Assembly (NCBI GenBank): GCA_035221665.1
Contig: JAVHYY010000112.1
Span: 248,001-312,000 of the forward strand
Source of the DNA: Okamejei kenojei
Taxonomy: Eukaryota
Reading direction: 5' to 3'
Length of the DNA: 64,000 nucleotides
Under the pieces are notes generated by a model. The model made no database searches and was not told where the DNA came from. It saw nothing but the letters and a program-made list of their open reading frames with translations. This document shows positions 39,234-52,059 of this stretch, piece by piece (position 1 is the first letter of the stretch; each line of letters begins with the position of its first letter). Both the position numbers and the translations under genes were made by a program.

Positions 39234-40166
39234 CGGCTAAAGGCGCAGTAATAAACTGCAGAGTCGCTCAGCTTCAGCCCCGATAGGGTTAAACGGAATA
39301 ATTTTCTATCGGTCTGGAGCTGGGGAGAGAAGCGATCGCCTGCAAAATTGGCTTTATCCTCGGTTCCTTGTGAATCTATGCTCAGTATGAACTCGGGGCT
39401 TGCGTCCTGATGATGCCGGTACCAAAATAAGTGGTAGTTCGTTTCTGCGGTGTCGTAGGTGCAGCTGAACGCCAGCGATTCTCCTTCTACCTTCTGTGCT
39501 GACGGCAGCGACTGTGTGACGGTATCTCCATGATTGGGATCTGAAAACATATATGGATTATGTTTAGGTTTGTTATGCGTTCAACAAAATACGCGGAAGA
39601 CCTATGTATTACATGCTACCCAAACAGATCAACTGATAATATACATAAATACAATCAAATCAAACGCACGTACAATAGATATATTAAGTGAAGATGGCGA
39701 GTGCAGAATAAAGTTATTATTATTGTAGCGAATCAGTTCCAGAGACAAAGGCCAATGTCGACACTGGGGTAGACCTGCATCGCATACCTCGCTTGCATAT
39801 CGAGGTGAACTGAACATTGCCGCGGCTTAAAGGTAGTAAGGAACTGCAGATGCTGACGGAAACCGAAGTTAGACACGAAAAGCTGGAGGAGCTCAGCGGG
39901 TCAGCCAGCCTGTCTTGACAAAAAGAATAGGTGACCTGAAGAAGGGTCTCGACCAGAAACATTACCCATACCAATTAATTGTCTCCATGGCATATGGATG
40001 GCGATTAGGTTTTACCCGGCTTTCCATTTACATATAGAAAATGATTAGACCGGTTCGCATTCACAATGATAGTCGACGTTCCGTCGGTGTAAGTAGCCGG
40101 ATTAACTGCTGCGACTTTACCTATCAGACATGCTCCCCATACAATCCAAATGGCAAATACGCGCAT
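39234..40166 (-). CDS. Intact TCR alpha/delta-type V segment V7 (family I): leader 40121-40166, V exon 39234-39540
   Basis: MRVFAIWIVWGACLI-DPNHGDTVTQSLP..FSCTY..LFWYRHH..RFSPQL..LSDSAVYYCAFSR; phase-1 GT/AG intron; both Cys and Trp present. Confidence 0.93.
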
Positions 40167-41170
40167 TTTCCCAGTGAAAACCCCTTTGTGAATGTTCCTC
40201 CTCGACCTGGTGCTGTGCGGCTTCCGGATGTTCTGGCCTCTCCTCCTGCTGCTGTGGTAACGATGGGCGGGAAGCGACTGATTTCCGCCTACCTCAACTT
40301 CCTCCTCATTTGGGACTCGGCCAGCGTTCTTTCAGGTTAGGCATGTAGTGACTGGGTGTGGAAGGAAACGTCGCTGTAACAGGGGATAATTGGCTCGGCA
40401 TTATGAGGAACTCTAAGGTATCATGATGCAAAGGAACTGTATGTGCGGGTCAATGAGGGAATTATATGTTACGTTGGTTGCCTAGCGAAATGTACTATCT
40501 GTTTAAATGTTTCTCCGAGTTACAAATTATTCCCTTTCCCTGATCGAACCGCACTGAACGGATTCGATGCGAGATAGGATACGACGCCACCTTTATAGCA
40601 TTGCGTTCCGTTTTGGGCACGTGCCATATGAAAGATGTTGTCAAGCAGGAAAATGTGCAGAGAAGACTTGCGACGATGTGCCAGCACCAAAGGCAGTTAG
40701 TTTTGTTTAGTGTAGTTCAGAGATACAGCGCGGAATCTGGCCCGTCGGCCCACCGAGTGCGCACCTACCAGAGATCCCCGCACATCAACAATACCCTACA
40801 CACACGAGAGACAGTTTTACATTTATAGCAAGCCAATTAACTTACACATATGTACGTCTTTGTAGTGTGGGCGGAAACACAAGATCTCGGAGAAAACCCA
40901 CGCAAGCCATGGGGGGAGCGTACAAACTGTGTACAGACAAGCACCCGTAGTCAGGATACCCGTGTCTCTGGCGCAGTAAGGAGGTATCTATACCGCTACG
41001 CCACCGTGCCGCCGTGCCACTGAGCTATATGGTGAGGATGAGTGGGCTAGGCCTTTATTCCATGATGCGCAGGGGGTTGAAGGGGTTACAAATGAGAGGA
41101 ATAGATCGGGTAAACGATCAGTCACTTGCCCAGTGTAGGGGAATAGAGAACCAGAGGAAACACGTTTAAG

Positions 41171-41178
41171 GTGTGTGT

Positions 41179-41245
<67 letters not shown>
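41171..41245. repeat. (GT)n microsatellite
   Basis: Direct reading. Confidence 0.95.
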
Positions 41246-41246
<1 letters not shown>

Positions 41247-43134
41247 TGGGGATTTAATAGGAACCAGAGGGGTTGCCTTTTTACGCAAACGGTGGTGGGT
41301 GTCTGGATCGAGCTGCAGGGGTAGGTAGTAGAGGAAGGTACTTGCGCGACACTTTTGACAGGTGCATGGAAAGGATAGACATGGAGGAAAATGGGCCAAG
41401 CGCAGGTTGATGGGATTAGTGAAGATGGGACATATTGGTCGGTGTTTGTGTGTGTGTTAATGTGCGCGTGTTTGTGTGTGTGAGAGAGAAAAAGAGAGAT
41501 AGAGTGGGAGACTCTGTTCGCTGTCCTTGGCCCCATGCACACGCTGATCATCATTTTTTCGTGGCAGAGGTAATTGATTTGAGAGGTGTTTTGGGGTTGT
41601 TAACTATATGTCGTACATTATCTGCTGTGCAGTCGATTTACCATGTTATAGAGTCGTGGTATAGAGCTTGGAAATATGCCCATCCGCTCAATCCGCCCAC
41701 ATCGAACAAAATGCGCCATCTACATTAGTCTAATTTGCCTGCGCGTGGCCCATATATCTCTATACCTTTCCTCTCCATGTACCAAATCGAAATGTATTTA
41801 AAAGTTGAGATGGTAACTGCCTCAAAAACCTTCTCTGGCACCTCGTTCCATACACCGTCCACCAATGAGTGAAAAAGCTTCTCCTCAAGTTCTTATTAAA
41901 TCTCTCCGTCTCCTCTAACCACAAAAAAAACCCTACTCTGGGTAGAAAACTCTGTGAATACACGCTGCCTATACCCCTTGTGAGTAGGCAGACAGCATCA
42001 AAGGTGAGAGAAGCAAATTTAAATCTTATGTCGATATTCTTGTATAGAAATTCGCATAGACAGAACCACCTAGCGCCACATGGCGCCGGAATGCTCAGCA
42101 GGTCGCTAAGCATCCGTGAAGGGAATGGATAGGGCGACGTGTTGAGTCGGGACGCTTCGTTGGTCTGATTGTGAGCTACTGACCCAAAACATCGCCTGTC
42201 TATTTTCCTCTGATGTTCAAGCCCGAACTACTGAGCTTTTCCGGTACTTTCCATTCGCTCAATATTTCTACATCCATCAGTTTCACCGTCGAAAGCAAAT
42301 ATAGACCATGTCGTTATGAAGATAAACTGGGAAAATGTGTATTGAACACGTGTGATTGCTCATTACGTGCACAGTTAGGGTGCACGGCATCCAGTCGGCG
42401 GACATGCAGTCCTTCGCGGAGGTTTGGAAGATATTCATTGGAACTGTGGCGAGTTTGGAGGACTCCACAGGACGGTATCTCCCCATTGTCCCCATTCAAG
42501 GAGTATAGCCGCGCTGGTCCATATGGGGCATTTATATGTACAGCGTTCTTTCACTCTATCCCCCAGTCCTAAGTGCACACACGGAGACATGTACAGTATT
42601 TTCTTTGACTGCTTAACACGCAAACAATACATTTTATTTTAAACTATTTCTTATTATACGTGACAATAACAAACTAATCTAAACCAAACTAAACTAAACT
42701 AAACTAAACAAACTAAACACAACTAAACTAAACTTAACTAAACTTAACTTAACTGAACTGAATTGAACTCAACTAAAGGTAATGAATCTAAACTAAACTG
42801 AACTGAACTAATCCAAACGGAAGTGAACTAAACTAAACTTAATGAAACTCACAGACATGATTTGGGAGCAGTTCAATGCACAATGACTTTCAGTTATATA
42901 CGTGTCGTTACATTTGCTCATCATATATCATCACCGAGCTCCTTGTGTAACACAATTTCGCTTTTATTGCTTCAGATTTTCCCTTAAAAGTGCAGTGACT
43001 CCAGCGCAGCTGTTGCGTCAACAGATAGACCCCACCCCGCTCACCGCGATTGGACAGCCAACGGAGACACGGGGCAACAACGAGGGAGCGCTCTGTTTGC
43101 CGCCAGCGCATCAACAACTCAGCTGACAGACACC

Positions 43135-43600
43135 ATGTGGTTCCTCATTATCTGGATGGCATGGGGAACATTTTTGAAAAGTAATAGTGACACGCATACA
43201 TTTCTTTTCTCTTTTACTCGTTAAACAATGTATGAATCTCAGACTTTAAATCTCGCTGGTCTGATAATTTTATTCCGTTTGGATCTATCTTTACAGATCA
43301 GGGCCGTGCAAATGTTGTCACTCAGTCACTGCCATTAGCATTTAAAACAGAAGGAGAAGCAGTGACGATGGAATGCACCTACAAAACACCAAGTGCCTAC
43401 AGTATATACTGGTATCGACAGATGCCCGGCTCAGAGCCCGAGTAAACTTTACGCAAAGACAGGGATGGCGATGAATGGAAAGCAGAGTTTGCTGTTGGTC
43501 GTTTCTCTGTCGAACACCGCACCGGGAGTAAATTCATCAGTTTGACCATCTCAGATCAGGAGCTGAGCGACTCTGCAGTTTATTACTGCACTTTGAGCCG
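43135..43600 (+). pseudogene. V8 (family II): leader 43135-43180, V exon 43297-43600, single nonsense codon
   Basis: MWFLIIWMAWGTFLK..VVTQSLPLAFKTEGEAVTMECTY..WYRQMPGSEPE*TLRK..LSDSAVYYCTLSR; TAA at 43443-43445 where paralog V6 has TAC. Confidence 0.93.
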
Positions 43601-43638
43601 CACAGTGATGGGAATCAGTATACACCCGTACAGAAACA
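43601..43638 (+). other. RSS of V8 (CACAGTG, 22-bp spacer, ACAGAAACA)
   Basis: Direct reading. Confidence 0.9.
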
Positions 43639-44202
43639 CTTTGTGGCTCGGGATGGAATCCAATGCAAGCCTCACACGGGTTCCTGTTCGCGGTTTCCTG
43701 TCATTCTGAGAATTGTTTACAAAGCAGGTTTTGGTACGATTTGCGTAGGTGCGTCGGGGCTTCCGTCCTATTCGCTGAAAGCTGTCTCTTCCTTCCGTTA
43801 CTGGTCCCTGTTCTTTTTCATTCTCTGCTCCATCTCTCTCTCGCTTTACAACAGCTTCGAAATTAATGTTTCGCAACTTCCCAGCTTCTCATCAAACGCG
43901 GTTTTCGGAATGTTCCGTGTTCTATTCAGATTCCGAAATTCTTCATTCAAAGCACTCATTAATGCTTCATTAATAGCAACCTCATGGGTAACGTTTCCCA
44001 CAAATAAGGTGGCGATGTAGGGAACGAGCTGCCGGACGAGGCTGTTAAGACAGGGTTTATCGCAACGATGAAGAAACATTTACACAGGGACATTGATTGG
44101 ACAGGTTTAAAGGGACATGATAAAAACGCAGGCAGGCTGGTGTACTAAAGTGCTGGAATTACTCATCGGGACAGGCTGTATTTCTGCAGAGAAGGAATGG
44201 GT

Positions 44203-44230
44203 GACGTTTCGGGTCGAGGCCCTTCTTCAG
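44203..44230 (-). ncRNA. Minimal hammerhead-ribozyme-like core from a Penelope-like repeat
   Basis: Minus strand CTGAAGA-A-GGGCCTCGACCC-GAAAC-GTC. Confidence 0.45.
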
Positions 44231-44427
44231 TCGTCTTCAGATGGGGCATGTTGGTCGGCGTGGGCAGTTAGGCCGAAGGACCTGTTTGCATGCTGTATTA
44301 CTTTATGACTCCATAATTAAATCATTCTTGAATCTACGACAGCAGTAATTGATTCGTGTTAGGACACAACATGAAAAGAGGTCCTTTAGTCAACAGAGTG
44401 CACGCCGGCCATCACTCACCAGTTCAC

Positions 44428-44569
44428 TGTGTTTAAGAAGGAACTGCAGATGCTGGAATATCGAAGGTAGGCAAACGTGCTGGAGAAGCTCAGCGGGTGC
44501 GGTTGCTGCAGCATCTTCGCTCCATAGATGCTGCCGCACCCCGCCGAGTTTCTCCAGCACTTTTATCTC
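44428..44569. mobile_element. Short Penelope-like terminal-repeat insertion
   Basis: aagaaggaactgcagatgctgg body; flanked by ctcaccagttcac and ctcagcagttcac; empty site at ~32594. Confidence 0.7.
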
Positions 44570-45676
44570 CTCAGCAGTTCACACTTGCTCCTACATTCGC
44601 ATCTAATTCCGACGCATGAAGGCAAATGTACAGTGGCCAATTAACCTACAATCTCGCACGACATCAGAGATATGGGGAGAAACCGCAGGGAAGATAAGCG
44701 GTCGCACGAATAACAAGTAGACACCACACAGCCAGCACCGCAGGTGAAAACAACGGAACGCTTCACCACTGTTCCATGGTTTAGGGGTGAGTCGCATGGA
44801 GAGATTGTGCATCAACGGTTTTAATACAATTTAGTTCATTCGAACAATGAATTCAGTTTTGTTTCGTTTAAAGATACAACACAAAAAAAGGTCCCTCGGC
44901 CCAACGAGACCGCACCGACCAACGAGCCCCCACACATTAACATTGTCCCACACACACACGGGACAATTTACACTTACACCAAGACAATTAACCTACATAC
45001 CTGTACGCCACAGATCTCGGAGAACACCCACGAGGTCATGGCGCGAACGTACAAACTCCGAACAGGCAGCACCCGTAGTCGGGATCGAAGTCGTGTCTCG
45101 GGCGCTGCAAGTGCTGTAAGGCAGCAACACCACTGCTGCGCCACCGTGGCCGCCCGGAATTTAATTTGATTGGGTTGGAATGGTGGGCAGGATAAATAAT
45201 TCACGCGAATGCTTTGCGGTTTGGGAGCACGTCGTGAATGTTGGTATATGAACACAACACATTTTCGCAGAGATTAGTAAAGACAGGCACCAAGTAAAAA
45301 TATATTTCCTCACGCTAAAAAAAAAACCCCTTCAACATAACAAAATAGCCTTCTCCTCCTTGAATGAATAGTGGTCTGGTAAATGTTTGAGCGAGCAGTG
45401 GATCTCATCATTGAAATTGGAGATGAAAAACCAACAAAATAATTTGAAGTTATTTGAAGTGTGACATATGGTTGTTAAAGTAGAGCAGCGTTTAGCGTTC
45501 AAATCTTCATATCAATCTCGGATTCAATGTCTTTCTCTTACCATCTCCTCTGTGCCATTTTACAAAGCCATTGTCCACATATCGCGCCTACTCGTGCCTT
45601 TGCCCTTATCTCCGTTCACCCCTTCACTCGATTGTTATAATACTATTATCAGTGGCATTAGTTTTATGTATGTTGT

Positions 45677-46750
45677 AATGGCAAGCAGTGGTGAGTGGAG
45701 TGCCGCAAGGCTCGGTGTTGGGGCCGCAACTGTTTACCATATATATTAATGATTTGGAAGAGGGAATTAGGAGCAACACTAGCAAGTTTTGCGGATGACA
45801 CTAAGCTGGGTGGCTGTCTGAAATGTGAAGATGATGTTAGGAGGTTGCAGGGTAACCTGGACAGGTTGACTGAGTGGGCAGTTGCGTTGGAGATGCCGTA
45901 TTTACATTGATACATGTGAGGTTCTGCACTTTGGTGGCAGAAACAAGGGGCAGATTATTATCTCAACGGGGTTAGGTAAGATAAGGAGGAGATACAGCGA
46001 AACCTGGGTGTCCTTGTACACCGGTCACTAAAAGTTGGCGTGCAGGTACAGCAGGCAGCGATGAAAGCTAATTGATTTTTTTCCTTCATAACAAGAGGAT
46101 TTCAGTCCAGGTGTAAAAAGGTTATTCTGCAGTTGTATAGGGCTCTGGTGAGACCACATCTGGAGTATTGTGTACAGTTTTGGTCTCCTAATTTGAGGAA
46201 GGCCATCCTTGTTATTGAGGCAGTGCAGCGTATGTTCACGAGATTGATCCCTGGGATGGCGGGACTGTCATATGAGGAAAGATTGTAAAGACTAGGCTTA
46301 TATTAACTGGAGTTTAGAAAGGACGAGGGGGGATCTTATAGAAACATATAGCATTATAAAAGGACTGAACAAGCTAGATGCAGGAAAAATGTTCCCAATG
46401 TAGGGGAGTCCATAACCAGGGGCCACAGTCTTAGAATAAAGGGGAGGTAATTTAAGACTAAGGTGAGAATAAACGTTTTCACCCAAGAGAGTTGTGAAGT
46501 TATGGAATTCCCTACCACAGAGGGCAGTGGAGGCCAAGTCACTGGATGGATTTAAGTGAGAGTTAGATAGAACTCTAGGGGCTAGTGGAGTCAGGGGATA
46601 TGGGGAGAAGTCAGGCACGAGTTATTGTTAGGGGTATTATAGGGGAAGGGGCTAGTCAGGCACGAGTTATTGTTAGGGGTATTATCAGCCATAATCACAA
46701 GGGCCAAATGGCCTCCTCCTGCACCTATTTCTATGTTTCTATGTTTCTAC
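45677..46750 (+). mobile_element. CR1 LINE 3' fragment; terminates the last cassette copy
   Basis: [19 protein letters not shown]; tail tttctatgtttctatgtttcta. Confidence 0.92.
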
Positions 46751-47544
46751 TATATACCAACAATCATACTGTTTTAAATCTAGGAGCCTGTGCGAACTGA
46801 ACAGCATGTTCCATTGAGGTCATTATTAAAGCACGTGTTAGCCCATTATAATTGGATCTTCACCAACTCTTACGGGTGGGTCTATTCAGTTGTTTGAAAG
46901 CGTCACCCGCTTTCACAACTTGGTGCTCCAGATTGATAGCAGCACTCAGAAATCCTACGAAATACCGCGCATGAAATCGTTCTCTCTTTACGCACCGTCG
47001 AATAGCTTGAACAGAGGACACCTCTCATTCCTCCTAAAGTTATTTATGTGCGCAAGTCAGCCTCGATACTCACTTTCCGCACACTCACAGCCCAACTGAA
47101 CATTTGATGAACTAATTTCAATGCATAAGGAAACATGACCGCAGGATGTCAGTTGAATCTAAACAAAAATGAAACCAGAATTTAATATTTCAGCTCTTGT
47201 GGTGAGCAACTGAAGTAACGGTTCCATCTCGTTGTTTACATCTGTGATTGGATGTCGTAGTCGTATCGGTTAAAACATAGAAAAGTACAGAACAGAAATA
47301 GGCCCTTGGATCCGTATTCTCTTGCTGAACCTGAACCAAGATATACAAACCGCGTCTGCAAGGCATGGTACATTCCACTTCCGTCCCAGCCAATCTAAGC
47401 CCCCAGTAAATTCCACTGCATTTATTCACCTACCACCCTTGGTCTGAATTACCTGCCTAGCACATCCCCTTTAAGCATTGCGCCTCTAACCTTAATGGTA
47501 TCTAGTCCTTGGCAAAACTATGCATGACGCTTGCGATGTTATAA

Positions 47545-48125
47545 ACTTCCATCGGGACGAGGGGTTATCTTAGAGAGGTGTATACAACAATGAGAGTAGA
47601 CGCACAAAATCTCTTGCACAGAGTAGGGGAATCGAGAACCAGAGGACTAAGGTTTAAGGTGAATGGGAAGAAAATGACTAGGAATCTGAGGGGTAACCTT
47701 TTCACACAAAGCATGCTGGGTGTATAGAACGAAATGCTGGAGGTAGCTGAAGCAGGGACTATCTCGATTGAGAAACAATTAGACAGGTACATGGTTTTAA
47801 AGAAGGAACTGCAGATGCTGGAGAATCGAGGGTACACAAAAAGCTGGAGAAACTCAGCGGGTGCAGCAGCATCTAAGGAGCGAAGGAGATAGGCGACGTT
47901 TCGGGGGAAACGTCGCCTATCTCCTTCGCTCCTTAGATGCTGCTGCACACGCTGAGTTTCTCCAGCTTTTTGTGTACCCCAGACAGGTACATGGAACGGA
48001 CAGGTTTAGAGGGATATGGGTGGAACGCAGGCAGGTGAGACTGACATGCATGGGTCATGTTGACCGGCCGAGCAAGTTTAGCGGAAGGGCATGTTTCCAC
48101 GCTGCGTAACTGTATGACTGTGACT
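47545..48125 (+). mobile_element. CR1 3' fragment hosting a palindromic insertion
   Basis: aggggttatcttagagaggtgtatac..aatctgaggggtaaccttttcacaca. Confidence 0.75.
47795..47980. mobile_element. Penelope-derived palindromic mini-element
   Basis: 73-bp inverted arms 47830-47902 and 47907-47979; 14-bp TSD agacaggtacatgg. Confidence 0.8.
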
Positions 48126-48589
48126 CGATTACTAGGTTGTAATCGTTCTTCAGTTTCATGATTTGGTGTGCAATGTGAGCTGCAGAGGCGGGGGTGGAGG
48201 TGTGGGTATCTGAGGAAAATCTGAGGTAAATATTAATTACCAAGTACTTAAGTGGTATTTGGTATGATGTGGCTGAGCCTGCGGGGCAAGAGACAGAATG
48301 GTTTACTCCGGAACCCGTATCCTGTCTCCTTGAGAGAAGGCTGGAGTGATTGGACGCTCTACAAATGATTTATTTTGTATAGCTCTAATGACCCACACAG
48401 CACTAAAAATAAATGTACTGCAAATAAAGCATGTGCTTCCAGACAGTAGATTATTTTGCACAGACGGTTGGATTGACGTAAAAACCATCTTTGTTGTCGG
48501 TCTGCTAGCTATCAGCTGCAAGAGCAGTTGTGACGCAGCTTAGTTTTTTTTTTCTGGTGTATCAAATCCCAGCCGAATAGTTAGCAGTG

Positions 48590-48811
48590 CGTGTTCATTG
48601 CAGAATAGGTAAACTTGCAATACCTCCGCTCAGCCCGCGTGAACCAACCTCATTTCCCGGTTGCTGGACACTTTAATACTCCTTCCCATTCCTACACAGA
48701 CCTTTCTGTCCTCAGTCCTCTCCATTGTCAGAGTAAGGCGAAACCCAAATTGGAGGAACAGGATCTCATATTTCACGTGTGCAGCATACAGCCCAGTGGT
48801 GTGAATATTGA
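48590..48811 (+). mobile_element. Penelope-like element, C-terminal GIY-YIG endonuclease remnant
   Basis: PVAGHFNTPSHS..LHCQS..KLEEQDLIF..IQPSGVNI; runs into N-gap 48812-49066. Confidence 0.8.
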
Positions 48812-49492
48812 NNNNNNNNNNNNNNNNNNNNNNNNNNNNNNNNNNNNNNNNNNNNNNNNNNNNNNNNNNNNNNNNNNNNNNNNNNNNNNNNNNNNNNNNN
48901 NNNNNNNNNNNNNNNNNNNNNNNNNNNNNNNNNNNNNNNNNNNNNNNNNNNNNNNNNNNNNNNNNNNNNNNNNNNNNNNNNNNNNNNNNNNNNNNNNNNN
49001 NNNNNNNNNNNNNNNNNNNNNNNNNNNNNNNNNNNNNNNNNNNNNNNNNNNNNNNNNNNNNNNNNNGTGAAAACCGGCGAACTAAACTAAGCAGCTTTAT
49101 TGGAATGGGGAATACGGAACTGCAAATGCTGGAATCTTGTGAAGAATATAACATGGTGAAGTAACCCAGTGGATGACGCAGCATCTCTTGAGGACATGGG
49201 GAGGCAACGTTTCAAGTCATTCTTTAGATTGATTGAATAATTGATTTGTGTTTCGCACGGATGTAGTAAAGACTGAATGTTCTATTCTGACGGCGGACAC
49301 GCTCCAGAAAGGGAGCAGTATGAGAAGTGCAAGCAGCGCTATCGGATCATTCAGCGTGGAATTAAACCGGCATTAGAAGGAAGTTAGTTACAAGCCACGT
49401 AGAAAGGACTGAGAGGACCATGTACGGCCTCGGTTTTCAGTTACAATTCTCTGAAGTCGTGCACCTAATCTGTACAGCAAGTTTTAAAATTA

Positions 49493-49815
49493 TCATTGAA
49501 AACACAGACGGAGAGGAATTTTGACCAGATTCTTTAGCTGTTGTCTAAATTTGGTCTGGGTCACGGCATACATGCAGGTGTTGGAGCAGGAACTCAGAAG
49601 CTGCAACATGTTGCCCACTTCCCGGAACACAAACTTGGGGTCTCTGAAGTTAAAGCCAACGGAATAGTTGTCATTGGTGATTTCAACGTAGAGGAAGTTT
49701 GCAACGTACGTCATCCACAGAAGCATGGAAACTGCCGGACATGGCAGTTTGCGGCTCTCAGTTTCCGGGTCGCTCCGGTTGTCTACCTGTCCGCCCGCCC
49801 GAAGCCTCCTGCAAA
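49493..49815 (-). pseudogene. Class A GPCR fragment (GPR139/GPR142-like), ICL3-TM6-TM7-C-terminus
   Basis: RRLRA..SDPETESRK..LLWMTYVANFLY..GNMLQLLSSCSNTCMYAVTQTKFRQQLKN. Confidence 0.75.
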
Positions 49816-50019
49816 CAAATACCATCAAATCACAACATTGTTGTCCGCATCCACCACATAGTCGAGCTTCAACGGCGCCTACCGGTACCTACTCCACCTT
49901 AAACTATGGAGAACCTACCAACCCCGTACAGACAACGCCCATAGTCAGAAGCGAACCCTGGTCTCTGGCGCTGTATTAATTATCGAATGTGCTTTTGTAA
50001 ATTATTTTTTTTTTCCGAT

Positions 50020-50320
50020 TTTAGATATACAGTGCGGAAACAGGCCCCACAGCCCACCGAGTCTGGACCGACCAGTAATCCCCGCATATTAACACATGTC
50101 CCACACACACGTGGGACAATTTACATTTTTATACCAAGTCATTAACGTACAAACATGTGCGTATTTGGAATGTGGGTGGAAACCAAAGACCTAGGTAAAA
50201 AACCTGCGCAGATCAAGGGGAGGTCGTACAAACTCCATCCAGACAAGCACCCGTAGTCAGTATCGAACCCGGGTTTCTGGCGCTGGAAGGCAATATCTCC
50301 ACCGCGACGCAAGCGTGCCA
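50020..50320 (-). mobile_element. tRNA-derived SINE (HE1-like)
   Basis: acccgtagtcagtatcgaacccgggt; same body as other copies. Confidence 0.6.
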
Positions 50321-51827
50321 CCTGTCAAATGATGTACGAAATTCTTGGTAAGACTAGCATTTACTTATCGCACTTATTGTGCCAGAATTGAAGAAACGGT
50401 CACCTCTCAATGCGTTTCGGAAAAGGTAAGGAGCAGGACATTCTCCCATCGGGGTTAGATGGATTTTTCTCTAATTTGGGATGTTCAGGCTCTATTCGCG
50501 TAATGTCAGGTATGTTCCTTAGCTGACGCGACACTATCGTTGGCAGAGTATTAATGAGTCCACTGCTGATTAAGAAATTAGTTCGCATGCTGCCGTAATT
50601 TTATGAAGTGGGTAAAATTACCGCGATGATACAAATTAGAAAACATTCCACTTACATTTGCTTCTTCTTCCAATCTTGTCAGACTGAGGAAAGAGTGCAT
50701 GGAAAAAACTCCTGATTTTTTTAATTTGTTTCCGGATTCCGAGTCCAAGAAAACAACCCCGTATATTCCAACAAAATACAAATGACCTTAATGCATTAAA
50801 TACTTCACGCATGTGATATGCAAAGGCAGATAGACCGAGAGAGGCAGACAGCAAAATAGATGACATGTAGATTGGTAGACAGGCAGCGAGGCAGATAGAC
50901 AAACATATGAACATAGAGGTAGATAGAAAGACAGACAGGCTGGCAGACAGGCAGTGAGACAGCATAGAGAGAGGCGGAGTGGAGTAGAATTACACGTAAA
51001 CTACTCATGGTAAAGAGTTGACGGAATTCACTGACATGGCATTATGCCAAATTTGAGCCTCCTATCCGAAAAGTGTAAAATATTCAAATGAAAGTGTGGA
51101 AGTTACCTATTAATGTTAGAAAACTGCAAGTATAATATAAACAAGTATAATATTGAATGATGCAACTTTTAAAATTTTCTGAATGTTAATTTTTCAAAGC
51201 CAAAAGAATTATTTAGCTTCATTTAACCTTTCTTTCAAATGACAGTTCATGGTTTTATGACTTTGTTCTTCCGAGTAACTTTGTTCTGTGCCGCACAGAA
51301 TGATGCAGTGAAATCGTATCCAACTGAACTGTCTTTAGGCTTCTCTTGAGCAAGTAGAAACGACGAATAACATGTTGCTGATCGTTTTAATGGGTCGACA
51401 AGGCAGAGTGACCGAAATTTGCATCGATATTCCAGTTATGGGAAAAGCCACGTTTCTGGCGCTATCGTGCGCCCCAAATAACTGCCAAGCAAGTAGTGTT
51501 TAACGACGCCAGAATGGACTGTAGGGGGTCGCTGCAAAGACCCAAGGCGGAATAATAATGGGCCGATTTCCAAAGGAAAATACGAAACAAAATAAATAGT
51601 CAAAACCAGTATCTGGAATATAAACAATGCGACTTAATCCCTGCTAGGGATGGCAGCGGGAAACCGTGCGTGTTCCGGAATGTTTCACCGATATAGCAGT
51701 GGCAACTATAGAAATGCGAAATATTGTATGAGTGTTTCTCACCGTCATCTTACAAAGAAAACCCTGAAGGCGACAATGCGGTAGTTTTTGAGTTGTGGAC
51801 ATTAGTACAGGGTAAACTGTGGTAGGA

Positions 51828-52013
51828 CCGGCATTAGAAGTAAGTTAGTTACAAGCCACGGATAAAGGACTGAGAGGACCATGTACACCCTCGGATTTCC
51901 GTTCCAATTCTCTGAAGTCGAGCACCTAATCAGTACAGCAATTTTTTAAAAATATCATTGAAAATACAGACGGAGAGGAATTTTGACCAGATTTTTAGCT
52001 GTTGTCTAAATTT
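51828..52013 (-). pseudogene. Second copy of the GPCR C-terminus and 3' flank (duplicate of ~49367-49551)
   Basis: KFRQQL..NLVKIPLRLYFQ* plus matching flank ccggcattagaag..ttgtctaaattt. Confidence 0.7.
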
Positions 52014-52059
52014 CCAAACATAATTCCGATTTTATTACGTTAACAGCGACATGCTGCCA

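Noticed and set aside
48615-49184. Long ORFs spanning N runs (also at 8716-8958 and 55336-55947)
   Set aside because: Artefacts of assembly gaps
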